A stretch of 63,928 nt of DNA, counting the filler, from Phoronis australis (lineage: Eukaryota > Animalia > Phoronida), in NCBI GenBank assembly GCA_002633005.1. It is 6 parts of 6 records of this genome, joined end to end, with 100 filler letters (N's around TTAATTAATTAA, not from the genome) between each part and the next. Parts side by side here need not be neighbours in the genome. Positions count along the whole stretch, not along the records: positions 1 to 27,292 come from NMRA01000250.1; 5 more parts are not named here. One strand, 5' to 3'. The notes below the pieces were generated by a model. The model was given only the letters and a program-made list of their open reading frames with translations, had not been told where the DNA came from and searched no databases. Of this stretch, positions 1-11,264 are shown in pieces. Every line of letters begins with the position of its first letter. Within the stretch, counting starts at the first letter, position 1. A program made the position numbers and the translations under genes.

Positions 1-120
1 CTGTACTCGCGTGTCGGTTGCTGTACTCGCGTGTCGGTTGCTGTACTCGCGTGTCGGTTGCTGTACTCGCGTGTCGGTTGCTGTACTCGCGTGTCGGTTG
101 CTGTACTCGCGTGTCGGTTA
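1..120. repeat. 20-bp tandem repeat CTGTACTCGCGTGTCGGTTG x6
   Basis: Near-perfect copies visible at the window start. Confidence 0.95.
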
Positions 121-281
121 CTATATTCACATGTCCTTTACTTTAATGACTTACTATATTCAGACACCCATTACTTTATTCACATATTTTTATTTCTATA
201 TTCACATGCGAATACCCGTTTGTTACTTAATTCACATGTTGTGTTATGTTTGTACAGTTAAATTGACGTGTTGTAATTCAG

Positions 282-426
282 CTTCAGCATCTGTGCGGTC
301 ATCGATGGAAAGAAGTGTCCAGCAAGAGAAGCGAACAATAAGAAAGAGGCGAAGAAACGGGCTGCAAGTGCCGCGTTGGTGGCCATAACTAGCGACACCT
401 TGGAAGAGATGCCAGAGTTTGTTAAA
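282..426 (+). CDS. ADAR: ADAR-like exon: dsRBD C-terminal half
   Basis: ttcAG acceptor and GTGAGT donor; encodes FSICAVIDGKKCPAREANNKKEAKKRAASAALVAI with the KKEAK motif. Confidence 0.85.
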
Positions 427-3400
427 GTGAGTGCTTTCAATCTAGTTAGCCATTGTTTCTCGTGAGACTCCGTCTCGGCTCTGGCAGTGTGTTTCATAAA
501 AAGTGACGTGAGACTTGAATCGGGAATTTGGTCTTACGTGCCATGCCCACTTCGCAATTGCTAAATAAATTTTAATTGTGTAATTATTGGAACATCACAG
601 CCTAGGAATAATTGATGAGAATTATTTTCAGTAACTGTCTGGTATGAGTATACACTCAGAGACTTTGTACTTTGCTTAGTGAGGTTTGAGAATTTCTTAG
701 AAAAAATTAAGTGATGCAGAAGACCAAATTTCTGACTCAAGTTTCAAGTTACTCAGATCCAAGATGTCTGGTTTGTCTCCACACAACTTATGCAGTCAGT
801 ATTACTGGTTAGGTTTCTGTCAAGCATTTAAATATCATTTCTTTCACTGCCACACCAAATTCTGACATTGAGCTAATGATGTCGTCTTCCATTGTCCAAG
901 CCATTGTTGAACAATATGACCTATGTGGTACATTTTTGTTCGTAGGAGGTCCCCAACAACCCCACCCCCACCAAGCCTCGTGACCCTGTCAGTGCTCTGG
1001 AAGAGTACTGTCGACCCCGCAACATGACCATCGACTTCACTTCACCCATAGTGACCGGTCCAGATCACGCACGAAGGCAAGTGTCAACTAGTAAAGTCTG
1101 TCGCAGTCGGCGTTTTCCCTCAGCAATAATCCAAACATGGTGCAAACTGCTCGTTGCATTTTCACATACTAATCTTCTTTCCTTCAAATTCACCATAAAA
1201 ACAGCTTATGGTGTCATTCGTTTTTACAGAAAAGTCAGGGCTTGAAATTTTCGTCTTTTAAGATTTCCTCTTTTTGTTTTTAATTTTCTCTTATTTAATT
1301 TCCAGTTTCCGCTTTTTCATCTCCTTTTGAATCTTTTTGATTTTTTTCATGCAAAAAACGTTTCTTGGAGTTAAATTACATCTCCATCACTTAAACCTGT
1401 TAATTTGTGAAACGATATGTAACCTGGAAATTTTCCTTTTTTTGTCGTTGGTCATTCCAATCCCTGAAAAAAATAAAAAAGTACCACTGCATGCAGTTGT
1501 TTAAATCATCTTGTAAATGACACAAATCTCAGTCCTTTTAAACACGGTTCATGGCTCAGACCTTTTCAAACATGACTCAAGATGTCCAAACATTTGTGTA
1601 TTACTGAAAATTTTACGTAAATGTTGTTGGACACAACGGCGACCTCATGGGGGAAAATTGAAATGTTCTCAATTGAAAACTGTCGGATTTAAACCTGCTT
1701 AGATTGGATTGGCCAGTCATACAACCCAATCTTTGCCACCATTGTCTTTTGGAAAATTCAGAGTGGGTCTCATGAAGTGACAACTTAGTATAAATGTGGA
1801 CACCGACATAGAAATAATCACTACATACGAGTTTCTTCTTTGCATGTGTTGGATTCTCACAGTGACGTCAAACGTGCTTTGAAAGTTGGGTGGCAGAACC
1901 TGACTGTTTGTTGCATTTGTTAATTGATTCCTTTGATCTGAAGTCAGTGATGCCGCATGTTTTAAGAACGAGATTTTCACACGTTACCGTTCAAGGTTTG
2001 TTTCAACTATAGAAAAACAACAATTTCAAATTGTAGCGCCTTGAAAATTTTGAGACATCCAGTTGAGGTAAGAAAATACAGAAAATTTAAATCAAATACT
2101 GGAATTCGCTTACTGGCTAATAGGTGGCGTTTTAACCATCGATGGAACCTTAATCCACGTTGTTTATTGAGAAAGGGGCATTTGATGCGTTCGTGGAGAG
2201 CTTCTTTAACACCCTTTCTGAACCAGTTTTCCTCACAATCGAGTATAGTGACGTCACCATTTAATCTTAAGATCAAGTCTGGATTTGTTTTGATGTAATG
2301 AACGGGATCTTGCACGTTTTGAATGAACGGGATCTTGCAAAGTTTGAATGCATATTAGTTCTAGAAATATTGTTAGTAGTTAAAGCTTTCTAAATTGATT
2401 TTGGTAGCTTCTAATCAGCAACATTGGGCTTAGAGCCTCTTTAACTGCACGTTCTTGCACATTGATCATGCAAGTCTTGTGTCATAACCTCAGTATTGAA
2501 ATCATCACCAACAGAATGCAGTATCCCAACATTGGGTCAAGGACCTAATTTGCTGTATGTACACACATTTAAATCTTGTAAAACCCATGTCCCAGGTTCA
2601 CGCTTGAAGCCATCATCAACGGCAAGCACTACCCCAGCAGGACAGCCAGCTCTATCAACGATTCAAAGAAACAGGCGGCCCGCGTTGCCTTGGAGATGTT
2701 GCTGCATGCAGCTCATGAACTATTGCCAAGTGCCAACAAGACAGCGGTAGGTGATATAGTATGGCATCTTTGTATACAATACCTTCATGACAATATGGCA
2801 AACAATTTATGACAATATGGTAACTTTGTTTTATGACAATATGGTAACTTTGTTTTATGATAGTATGGTAACTTTGTATTTAATAATTTATGACAGTATG
2901 ATAACTTTGTATAGAATTATTTATGTCAGTACAACAACTTGTACACAATTTGTGACAATGATGATGATACTGTGTGTTATAATTGGTGACTGAAACGAAT
3001 CTTCTTTTGTGGTAATATTGTATAATTTGATAACAGTAATGAGTCTTGTGTAGAGACAATGTGTGTAGTAACTGATTACACTATAAATCTTGTGAAACAA
3101 GAGTGGGTGAATTACTTGATGTGAATAAATTATAAATCATAACTTCTGGATGTTAGGGTACTGGAAAGAGAGAGAGTTTTTGGTTTGATCAAGGTGTCGG
3201 TAAGACTGTTTGGGTGGAAGCCAAGAACCCCTCTTTGAATAGACACGCAGGGATCAGACCTAGCTGCCTCATTCTGGGAAAACTATTTTACAGTAAGTTG
3301 CACAAGTTAGCAGTGTTAATTTTTTTGCATCAACACTGTGACTTTCTTGTGCTTTGTTAAAGTGTCGGAAATGATACACATTCAGAAAGAGTCTAGCCTG

Positions 3401-5628
3401 ATCTCGCTACCATCCCTAACCTTGGTACTCTATTACAGCGGGAACAAACCCAGAGAGAGAAACATACAGACATGGCGGATTACATGGAGTCCCTGTCACT
3501 GAAGATATTCAAAGTTTGCCACGAGTCGCTCGCTGAGAACTTCGCTGGTCAAAAGGTTGTGGCTACAATCATAATGAAACGACATCCGAAGGACATTGGC
3601 ACTGTAGTCAGTCTTGGCACTGGTATGTGAAGTCAATGTGCCACATTGGCACTGTAGTCAGTCTTGGCACTGGTATGTGAAGTCAATGTGCCACATTGGC
3701 ACTGTAGTCAGTCTTGGCACTGGTATGTGAAGTCAATGTGCCACATTGGCACTGTAGTCAGTCTTGGCACTGGTATGTGAAGTCAGTGTGCCACAGTCTA
3801 TTCTATGGAGTGCTCACCGCAACCGGGGCTTGGAAATTTCCTCTTTTAAGAGGGTTTCCTCTTTTTTTGGTTTCAAATTCCTCTTTTTTGGTTATGATTT
3901 CCTCTTATTTGATTTCCAGTTGTCTCTTTTTTCATCTCTTTTTTTATCATTTTTTTACTTTATTCATGCAAAAACGTTTCTTGGAGCCTAATTTTACAAC
4001 ACAGAAAATACCTCTATTATATAAGCTTATTTATTTGTAGGATGCATCACCTGAAAAATTTTCCTCTTTTGTGTCATGGATCATTCCGTGCCCTGCTCTA
4101 CATATTTCCATGCCCGCATCATGCAGTGTTATTCCCCAACACCACGTCACAATACTTACTGGACACGGTTCAGTGAATTACAGCTGTTCAGTGAATTACA
4201 GCGGTTCAGTTTCAAAACAAAATTCATTTTAAAAAACATTTGGCAATTTTGAACCTACTTCATATTCACATCGTCGCTATGTGTTGTGTTTCTAACTAAT
4301 TTGATCAAGTAATCACAGAGATAAGGAATTAGTGTGCAAGTTCTACATTAAATCTTGAATCACTTTTCACGAAGCAGACCTCTGGTGACAAAACTGGTTG
4401 TCGCGCAGCTCTGTGGTGTTTAGCCATTTGTCTTACAGAAAATATTTTTTAGGAAATCGCATAATTCTTGGACAGTACTTAGTTGAGAACGGTACAAAAG
4501 TTCACGACTGTCACGCAGAGGTCATAGCCAGAAGAGGTTTCATACGGTGAGTCCCATGCAAACACATGCATAGTAAGAAATCTCAATTATGTGTTTTTTA
4601 TGTTAACAACTAAAGGACACATGTTCAGCTGTACTGAGTTATTATGCTGCTTTGAAAATTTGCCAAATATCTCAAGTATTATGTTGTAGAATAAGTATTA
4701 TGTTGTAGAATAAGTATTATGTCAAAACTTGTGGAATAAGTGGCATGTTGCATTTTAGGTTTTTTCTGATATATAACAAAGTTTGTGTAAAGGAAAGTCT
4801 GCTACTGAACTATACCAATATCTTTGAGTGTTTGTTTGTAATTAGTGTAAAGGAAAGGCTGCTACTGAACTATACCAATATCTTTGAGTGTTCGTTTGTA
4901 ATTAGTGTAAATGAAAGGCTGCTTCTGAACTATACCAATATCTTTGAGTGTTCGTTTGTAATTAGTGTAAATGAAAGGCTGCTACTGAACTATACCAATA
5001 TCTTTGAGTGTTTGTTTATAATTAGTCAGCAATGTATTCATCAAGTCAATGTCTAGAGTTTGTAGCAAGATGGTCACAGGTTTGATTTTCCTCCAGTACG
5101 ACTGAGTGGTAAAACTTCAGTTAATTTTATTTATCAGAGAAAATTTAATTCTGTTCAGCAGGGCTATGGTACTTACTAAACATCTTAAACCCTCAGAAGT
5201 GCCCGCTCCACTCTTCAGGATTGGTTTAGTGATTAGATAGATGAAACGCGAGACTTCCAGCTGTGCTGTCGCGAGATACCATCGATAATAGCATTCCAAG
5301 CAGTAGGCTTTCCTTGTTGGACAAAGATTTACATTTCAAGATAAATTTTATTGTTGAAAGTCTGATATCCTTAATACAAGGGGTTTTTGGTTCTTAATCT
5401 TTGCATTTTTCCACTCAACAATAGAACAGGGATGTCCAAGGCTTGGTCACGTGTTGATTTCCTCTGTTACAGGTTTTTGTACAAACAGATCGTTACGTTC
5501 AAGCAGCGTAAGGAATCCGTATTTCAAATGGGCCCATACAACAAGCTGAGACTCCGGCCAAACATCACGTTTCATCTGTACATAAGCCGGCCACCGTGCG
5601 GCGATGCCTCCATATTTCTCAGTATTGG
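282..5628 (+). CDS. ADAR: ADAR1-like double-stranded RNA-specific adenosine deaminase, partial; join(282-426,946-1076,2596-2746,3439-3622,4453-4546,5473-5628)
   Basis: Six exons splice in frame with matching phases. They give a dsRBD C-half, a full dsRBD, then the deaminase N-half VVSLGTGNRII..VHDCHAEVIARRGFIRFLYKQ..FHLYISRPPCGDASIF, close to the ADAR1 signature SLGTGNRC..DCHAEIISRRGFIRFLY. The 5' end lies outside the window and the 3' half was not found. Confidence 0.9.
946..1076 (+). CDS. ADAR: ADAR-like exon: dsRBD N-terminal half
   Basis: Encodes EVPNNPTPTKPRDPVSALEEYCRPRNMTIDFTSPIVTGPDHARR; ends at an AG|GCAAGT donor. Confidence 0.85.
1236..1466 (+). mobile_element. Non-autonomous CAGGG..CCCTG element (hAT-like MITE); second copy at 3823-4095
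   Basis: Two similar pyrimidine-rich copies in ADAR introns with short CAGGG/CCCTG termini; no clear target site duplication. Confidence 0.55.
1845..2320 (-). mobile_element. Penelope-like retroelement 3' remnant (GIY-YIG endonuclease C-terminus)
   Basis: Minus frame reads VTILDCEENWFRKGVKEALHERIKCPFLNKQRGLRF, resembling the PLE motif ILDRE.RWFERGVKEAI....PSLNR.GGLR. Confidence 0.75.
2596..2746 (+). CDS. ADAR: ADAR-like exon: dsRBD C-terminal half
   Basis: ccAG acceptor and GTAGGT donor; encodes FTLEAIINGKHYPSRTASSINDSKKQAARVALEMLL. Confidence 0.85.
3439..3622 (+). CDS. ADAR: ADAR-like exon: start of deaminase domain
   Basis: Encodes MADYMESLSLKIF..FAGQKVVATIIMKRHPKDIGTVVSLGTG; GTATGT donor. 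Confidence 0.88.
3594..3795 (+). repeat. 50-bp tandem repeat x4 containing the ADAR exon end and splice donor
   Basis: Unit CATTGGCACTGTAGTCAGTCTTGGCACTG|GTATGTGAAGTCAATGTGCCA. Confidence 0.95.
4453..4546 (+). CDS. ADAR: ADAR-like exon: HAE zinc/catalytic motif
   Basis: Encodes GNRIILGQYLVENGTKVHDCHAEVIARRGFIR; ttttAG acceptor and GTGAGT donor. Confidence 0.92.
4785..5025. repeat. 60-bp tandem repeat x4
   Basis: Unit GTGTAAA.GAAAGGCTGCTACTGAACTATACCAATATCTTTGAGTGTT.GTTTGTAATTA. Confidence 0.95.
5473..5628 (+). CDS. ADAR: ADAR-like exon: PCGD zinc-ligand motif
   Basis: Encodes FLYKQIVTFKQRKESVFQMGPYNKLRLRPNITFHLYISRPPCGDASIFLSIG; acAG acceptor and GTCAGT donor. Confidence 0.92.
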
Positions 5629-5685
5629 GTCAGTTCATTATGCATAGGTCCAGTCTGTTGCCTCTTGATTTACAGCATGTTTTAA

Positions 5686-5868
5686 TACACCTTATTCACA
5701 CGGTCGCCATATTATAAAGAGCCTCTTTATAGGTTTTAAAAAGTCATTCTTTGCTTAATCACAGTACAAAACGTGATTTTTTTCTTATATGTATGTCTCA
5801 AATGCATTGTTTTTTAAACCTAAAGAAGAGGCTCTTTTTTAAAGTGGCGACTGCATGAATAAGGTGTG
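5686..5868. mobile_element. Palindromic MITE with ~45-bp imperfect TIRs
   Basis: TACACCTTATTCACACGGTCGCCATATTATAAAGAGCCTCTT ... AAGAGGCTCTTTTTTAAAGTGGCGACTGCATGAATAAGGTGT. Confidence 0.75.
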
Positions 5869-6003
5869 TACACAATTATATTTAAAGGTTCTGTAGAACC
5901 TTATCAAATGTGTGTGTATAAGTTCTACACACAATTATATTTAAAGGTTCTGTAGAACCTTATCAAATGTGTGTGTATAAGTTCTATACACAATTATATT
6001 TAA
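5866..6003. repeat. ~59-bp tandem duplication
   Basis: ACACAATTATATTTAAAGGTTCTGTAGAACCTTATCAAATGTGTGTGTATAAGTTCTA repeated ~2.3x. Confidence 0.9.
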
Positions 6004-7599
6004 AACAATAGTGGAACTGATTCTGGTGTGGAAATTAAACATTCATGCTCAATGCAATACTGGAAATTAGCTCAGTTTTTTGTTAAAAAGCCATAGAAGA
6101 GTCCTGGGGAAAAAGTTCACTTTCACAAAATCACGTTCCAGATACAACTCTTCGTTCCATATTACTTTATAGATATTCATCTATGTATTTGTGACATTTA
6201 CAGGATGTTCAGACACTGAAAGAGAGAAATAGACATTAGGTCTGAATGAGGATGCCCACCTTCGTAATCATAAGTATCACTCGTCAAGAAACTGTGGAGA
6301 ATATGCCAATTCAGTCGACATGGAGAGCATGATGTGCTGCTATTGAAAATATTGAGAGTCCCTTTTGATTACATTCACAAAGCCCGTTTTGAATGAGCAG
6401 CAAACAGGGTCATGCTGCACTTGTTTGCGTGACATTCTTGTTACCCCCTCCATTTGTCAGTCTTTGCAGTATTTCACACCTGCTGTGCACCATTGCATAT
6501 TTGACTAGCTTTTGCTCTATGGTGGTATTACTGTGTCATTTTATTTCCACTTGATGAAACAAGTATTTTCAAAATATTGTTTGTCGTCTCTTGGTCAGTT
6601 TCTTTACCAATGTTCTGATGATACGAACGGAATGGAATAAAGATTGTGACAGCAACAAGTGTCATGTATCGAACCAATTTTGCATTGTCGTAGCTATGTT
6701 TGGAAGTTGCCTCACAATGTAATTCTGACCTATAATAGTAGTGACGGCAATTTTTTGACACAACTTTTTGACACTCAAGTTTTGCAAATGACATGTCAAT
6801 GCCAGTTAGCCTTTGGCCCTTCCCCTGGAACAAAGCTGTGTGAATTACAAATATTTGTTGTGTAACATTGTTACAATTTCATTTTTGTTGGTTAATACAT
6901 GTGCTTATGATTATGAGCTGATTCGTGCGGTAATCTATTTAAACAAACATCAATACTAATTCCAACAAAAAATCAGCTGATGCGCCTGTGTAAGTGCAAC
7001 ACGGGAAAATCAGCTGAAGACGTTTCTGGCGTTAATAACTCATAACATGTCTGAATTATCTTGTGAATGTTTTAAATGACATGACAGAGAACAGTATACG
7101 CATTTTATTTTTACAAGCCTTAAAAACTCCAAACAATCGAGCAATTCGACTCATTACTTTACCAAATCTTGAAACGAGGGAACGACCGCTCCGTAAAACC
7201 GGAAGTTTTCTATCCTGCGTGTGCAGCGCCCTCTCATCGTTAGTGCTTATGTTGCGTGGCCCGCGACATGCGCAACGCGCTCTAACGGGAGTTGGCAGTC
7301 CCTATCTATAGTCTATGATGCAACTACACGTATACATTGGCATAGAAAATAGGTAGTCATCATAACTTTTCATAACAACCACCAAATGTGTAACATGACT
7401 TCTGCCCATGAACTACTTTTAGAGACTAGGGAGTATGTTATGTCTGTCAATGAATTTCTGCAATTATGAAGTTAATTAAACATGCTAAAGCCGTCAAAAA
7501 TATTGGTGCCTTCACTTTAGCTTGGTATTCATATTTTCTGAGCCGAAATGGCCACATTAAATTTAATATGTTTAATTTTTTCATTAATACAATTTTAGG

Positions 7600-8160
7600 A
7601 ATCAGGAAAGGCTTATGCTGAAGAAGTGGCTTCTGCTGAAGTTGGAGACTTGCCGATTATTAGTAAAGTTTGGGTATGGAAAAGTTCACAACCAGCAAGA
7701 AGGTACCCTTCTGGACAACTAAGTGAGGGGGCTAGAGAGAGGCCGTAAAGTCTACTCCCAGAAGATATGTCAAAGAGAATTTGTAGCTTGAGGAACGAGT
7801 CGGGGGAAAAAGTATTTGCCAAAGATTACTGGCTTATACCACAACAGGTCCAAAGTAATTTGTTGAGATAGGCCACTCTCAGCAAATGTGGGGAAACTGG
7901 GACAGAGGAAGTGGAGTATGCATTGAAAGAGGCAATCTGCGATTGTCAAGGATGTAGCATTGTAAAAATTCAAAGGGAGGAAACAGTACAGTGGCTGGAC
8001 CTGTAAATACTCTGGCTGATCTGCTAAATCCAGTGGGGGCATTATTGTATCAGCACAGCTGTGTAGGGAAGTAGGCTTGTGTGTTGTCGCAAGCTTTGTT
8101 TGCACCAGAACTGCTTGTGTGAACAGCACAAATCTAAAATTTACCTAGTCTAAGACTGAA
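7600..8160 (+). mobile_element. Decayed DNA-transposon-type coding remnant (superfamily uncertain, possibly Sola-like)
   Basis: Frameshifted GLERGRKV/PEDMSKRICSLRNESGEKVFAKDYWLIPQQVQS plus a Cys-rich stretch; resembles C-termini of invertebrate transposon-derived proteins; contains stops. Confidence 0.4.
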
Positions 8161-11108
8161 TTTTTGTCCAGGCACGGATTATGATCCTGGGCCACATGGT
8201 AATGGTACATTGTTCATTTTGTTTAGCCACTGGATTTTTTGGTCTGACAGGATTTCTCAGTGTCGCCATCACATTTAGATGATTTCTGACCACTGTACTA
8301 TTCCTTTTCCTTGAAGATGCGTAATTGATCTGAATTTATGTTTCCGCATTTTATTTACCATTATAGATTTTTGTTTGTAAATGGGTATATATTACTGAAA
8401 TTTGAGACCCTGTTGCAGTTAGGCTGGTTTTGTTAACTTATCTTTCTGCCTGGGTTGTAAACCCATATTCTGTCCAGGAGGTAATAAGTTTTGATTTAGA
8501 CCATTTACCTCTATAAACTTTGCTCAGTTTGTTCCTTATCCAGATGGGAAGTGATTTCTGGAATTGTAGCGAATTGACAGTTTGCTATTCCTTGAGACCA
8601 TGCTGTGTGTAAAAAATCGCACACTATTAGTCTGGTCTCTAGCAATTGCATATTGCCAGATCTTTCAAAGTTCTGAAATTGCTCAAAAGTGACCTGGAAG
8701 TAATACCTATTTCGTGATGGTAAAATATCTAAATCAAAAGTTGTTTTATGTGATTTTAGGCGAGTTTATGTCCACTTCAAATGATTTTTTGTTGCAGTAC
8801 TGAAAAGTATTGGCACATTAGCTCTGGTGGCTCCTTGTTTTTTTGGCGAATTGACCATTTTATGGTTCCCATGGGTAATTTTGTTACTGGTCTAGTATGT
8901 ATGTACAACTGTAATCGTAGGGCAATTGTAATGCAAACCATGTTGCAAAAGTATTTTTTCATGACCATTTCATTGTAAAATGCTGCCTAATTGGAACCGA
9001 CAAGCCAATTTTTCATTTTGTGGTGGTTAGTTTTGATAAGAACATTGATGTGGTAAATACAGCTACCTCAAGTTTGTGAAGAAGAGATTTCCAGTGTTGT
9101 CAGCGATATTGCGAAATCACTTTTTCGCAGTGAGACTACATCACCTTAAATGTAATTCCCTGACTTTATGAGCTTTGTGTGGTTGACTCTGTCCTGTAGC
9201 AATTAGAGTGTTGAAAAGATCTAGAAGGCAATTTTTTATTAGAGTCATAACATTTGCACTTTTGACTGTACAGTTATCTTTGCATTGTATTACGAAAACA
9301 TATTCTGTAGTACACAAGTCTCTGGTTGGTATTTTATATTTTTTCACAAGGAATATTTTCAACTTAGATGAGTTGTCTGTGAGGTAGGCAATTTTCAAAT
9401 AAGATAATGAATAAAATTGTCAAACATTGTTTTATTTTTTAGATGTGTGATCTTCCAATAAGTGATTACTTTTAAAAAACCTGTGCAGAATTTGATTTTT
9501 ACTCTTCATTTTAAGGAGAATAAATCCATAAACCTGCATTGTCTTGAAATTTTACTCAAACTACAGATTGGGTTGGGGATTGGAATCTTAATACAACAGA
9601 GTCTGAACCCGTACCATGAGCAATACAACACAATACACGGATATAAAAATTTGGTGTTTAGGTTCCACGGAAAGGATTCGTGTGCGCGGTAATAGTTACT
9701 AAGGTGCGTGGTCATTGTTTGTGGATACTTTGGGATTCCTCTTCTGTGGTCATCCACGGGAAACCTGGTCGCATAGAGAACAATAGATTAGCATCTTCAT
9801 TGTTATAATAAAGATATAATGACGAGCACTTATCGGCAACGGTCTGATGTACGCAAGGTTCTATATCCATGCGACCTGTGTTGTTATATCCAACAGTGAC
9901 ACAACAATGGAAAACAATGATAGGACCGATGGGCGAAAAACATGCGACGAGTTGCCACAGACAGTGGTGGAGTTTGTCTTGTCATTCGAATGTTTTTAGA
10001 GAACTGCAAACCCGGTATTTCGTCAGGAAAATTTCTGCGGTCTTTTGTTTTAAGTCGTGGGAAAAACTGCGGTCATGCCACCAAACTTATCATTCATTTG
10101 ATATTACAATGCATTGCATGAACATTTGATCAACAGAAAATCTGACTTGAATATGTGTGAAGAAATACCCATGAGGAAATTGCAAAGTAAAACAACTGTA
10201 AATCAAAATAACCTACATTTGTCGAGTTCATGTCTAACCCTGTTCACTGTGGAGGACATAATCGGCTTTTTACAAAATGGAGCCATGTATGGTATTTAGG
10301 GGTACTATAGCCCAAAGTGATAAGTAGTAAAACGTTCAAAACATTCAGGAGGAACTAACTTGTTGCAAAATATCGAAAATTATGAAGGACAATCGGATTT
10401 TACGGTGCTCACGCATCGATCTCAGATATATGACAATTTCTCATTTTAGTACATTTGAGGTGCCAAAATGTATAACTAATAAACTGGCTGACAAAGTTTT
10501 TATTTTATGCAATGAAAGTAACATGTTTTGTCAACATTTTGGCTAAGTTTCATTCTCATAACAGTGGGGGCAGATTTGGTACAGCAGTGTACTGAACACA
10601 ACCTCAAAATGGCATAACGGGGGGCAGTGTAGTAAAACTACTAAATGAGGGTGGTAAATCGGAATCGTGTTTCAAGACATCTGTGTAACAATCTATAGGC
10701 ACCACTTAACAATGCCAAGTGAATAATAAATCAATAGCTTTCATTCAAGGAAAAATATGAACAGTTAAAACTGGACAGTTTTTATACCGTGAAAACATGG
10801 CTGCGAAACCGTAAAATGTGTTTGAACCTATAACTTTAGAAAAACAAAATATTTTGAGGAAATATTTTACCGCTGTTTATAGATCCCACAGGACTACATA
10901 TGTGCCAAATTTGGTGAAAATCGGCTGACCCCCACCTTGCCGCTCATGGTTGGTGCTCTCGTGGACTAGTACTTAATGACCGTTTAACTTACATTTTCTG
11001 TTGACAGCCTTATTTTGAAGGAGTAATGAATATTATGAGAAAATTAAACAGGTTTGTCTATGTAATAAATACATCACTAAAACCAGTAGGACTTAGACGA
11101 ACATACAC

Positions 11109-11264
11109 CTTTATTAAATCTTCTTTCACCATGGCACGTTCATCATCCAAGCGCTTAAGCTTCTTTGTGTTGTAACCATTCCATGTGATCAGCGTTACCA
11201 TCACAACGGCTGTACATATCTTGAAAATTACATTTCTAGTGCTCTCCATTCTTGCATTCGTCAT
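11109..11264 (-). pseudogene. Orphan first exon of a type II membrane protein, paralogous to exon 1 of the 13574-18637 gene
   Basis: Encodes MTNARMESTRNVIFKICTAVVMVTLITWNGYNTKKLKRLDDERAMVKEDLIK with a phase-0 AAG|GT donor; aligns with MCISLLILVTWNSYTMRKI..FSK; no downstream NC1-like exons seen. Confidence 0.6.

Noticed and set aside
11-388. ORF-track proteins of 125 and 76 aa
   Set aside because: Produced by the 20-bp repeat; the real exon (282-426) is in another frame
6204-6350. Continuation of ADAR through an editable UAG (DVQTLKERNRH*GLNEDAHLR)
   Set aside because: Needs a phase-0 donor that I cannot find; the sequence beyond lacks GEG and SCSDK motifs and stops again
9506-9762. Possible second exon for the orphan TM exon
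   Set aside because: A phase-0 join gives a stop after four codons; no family motifs
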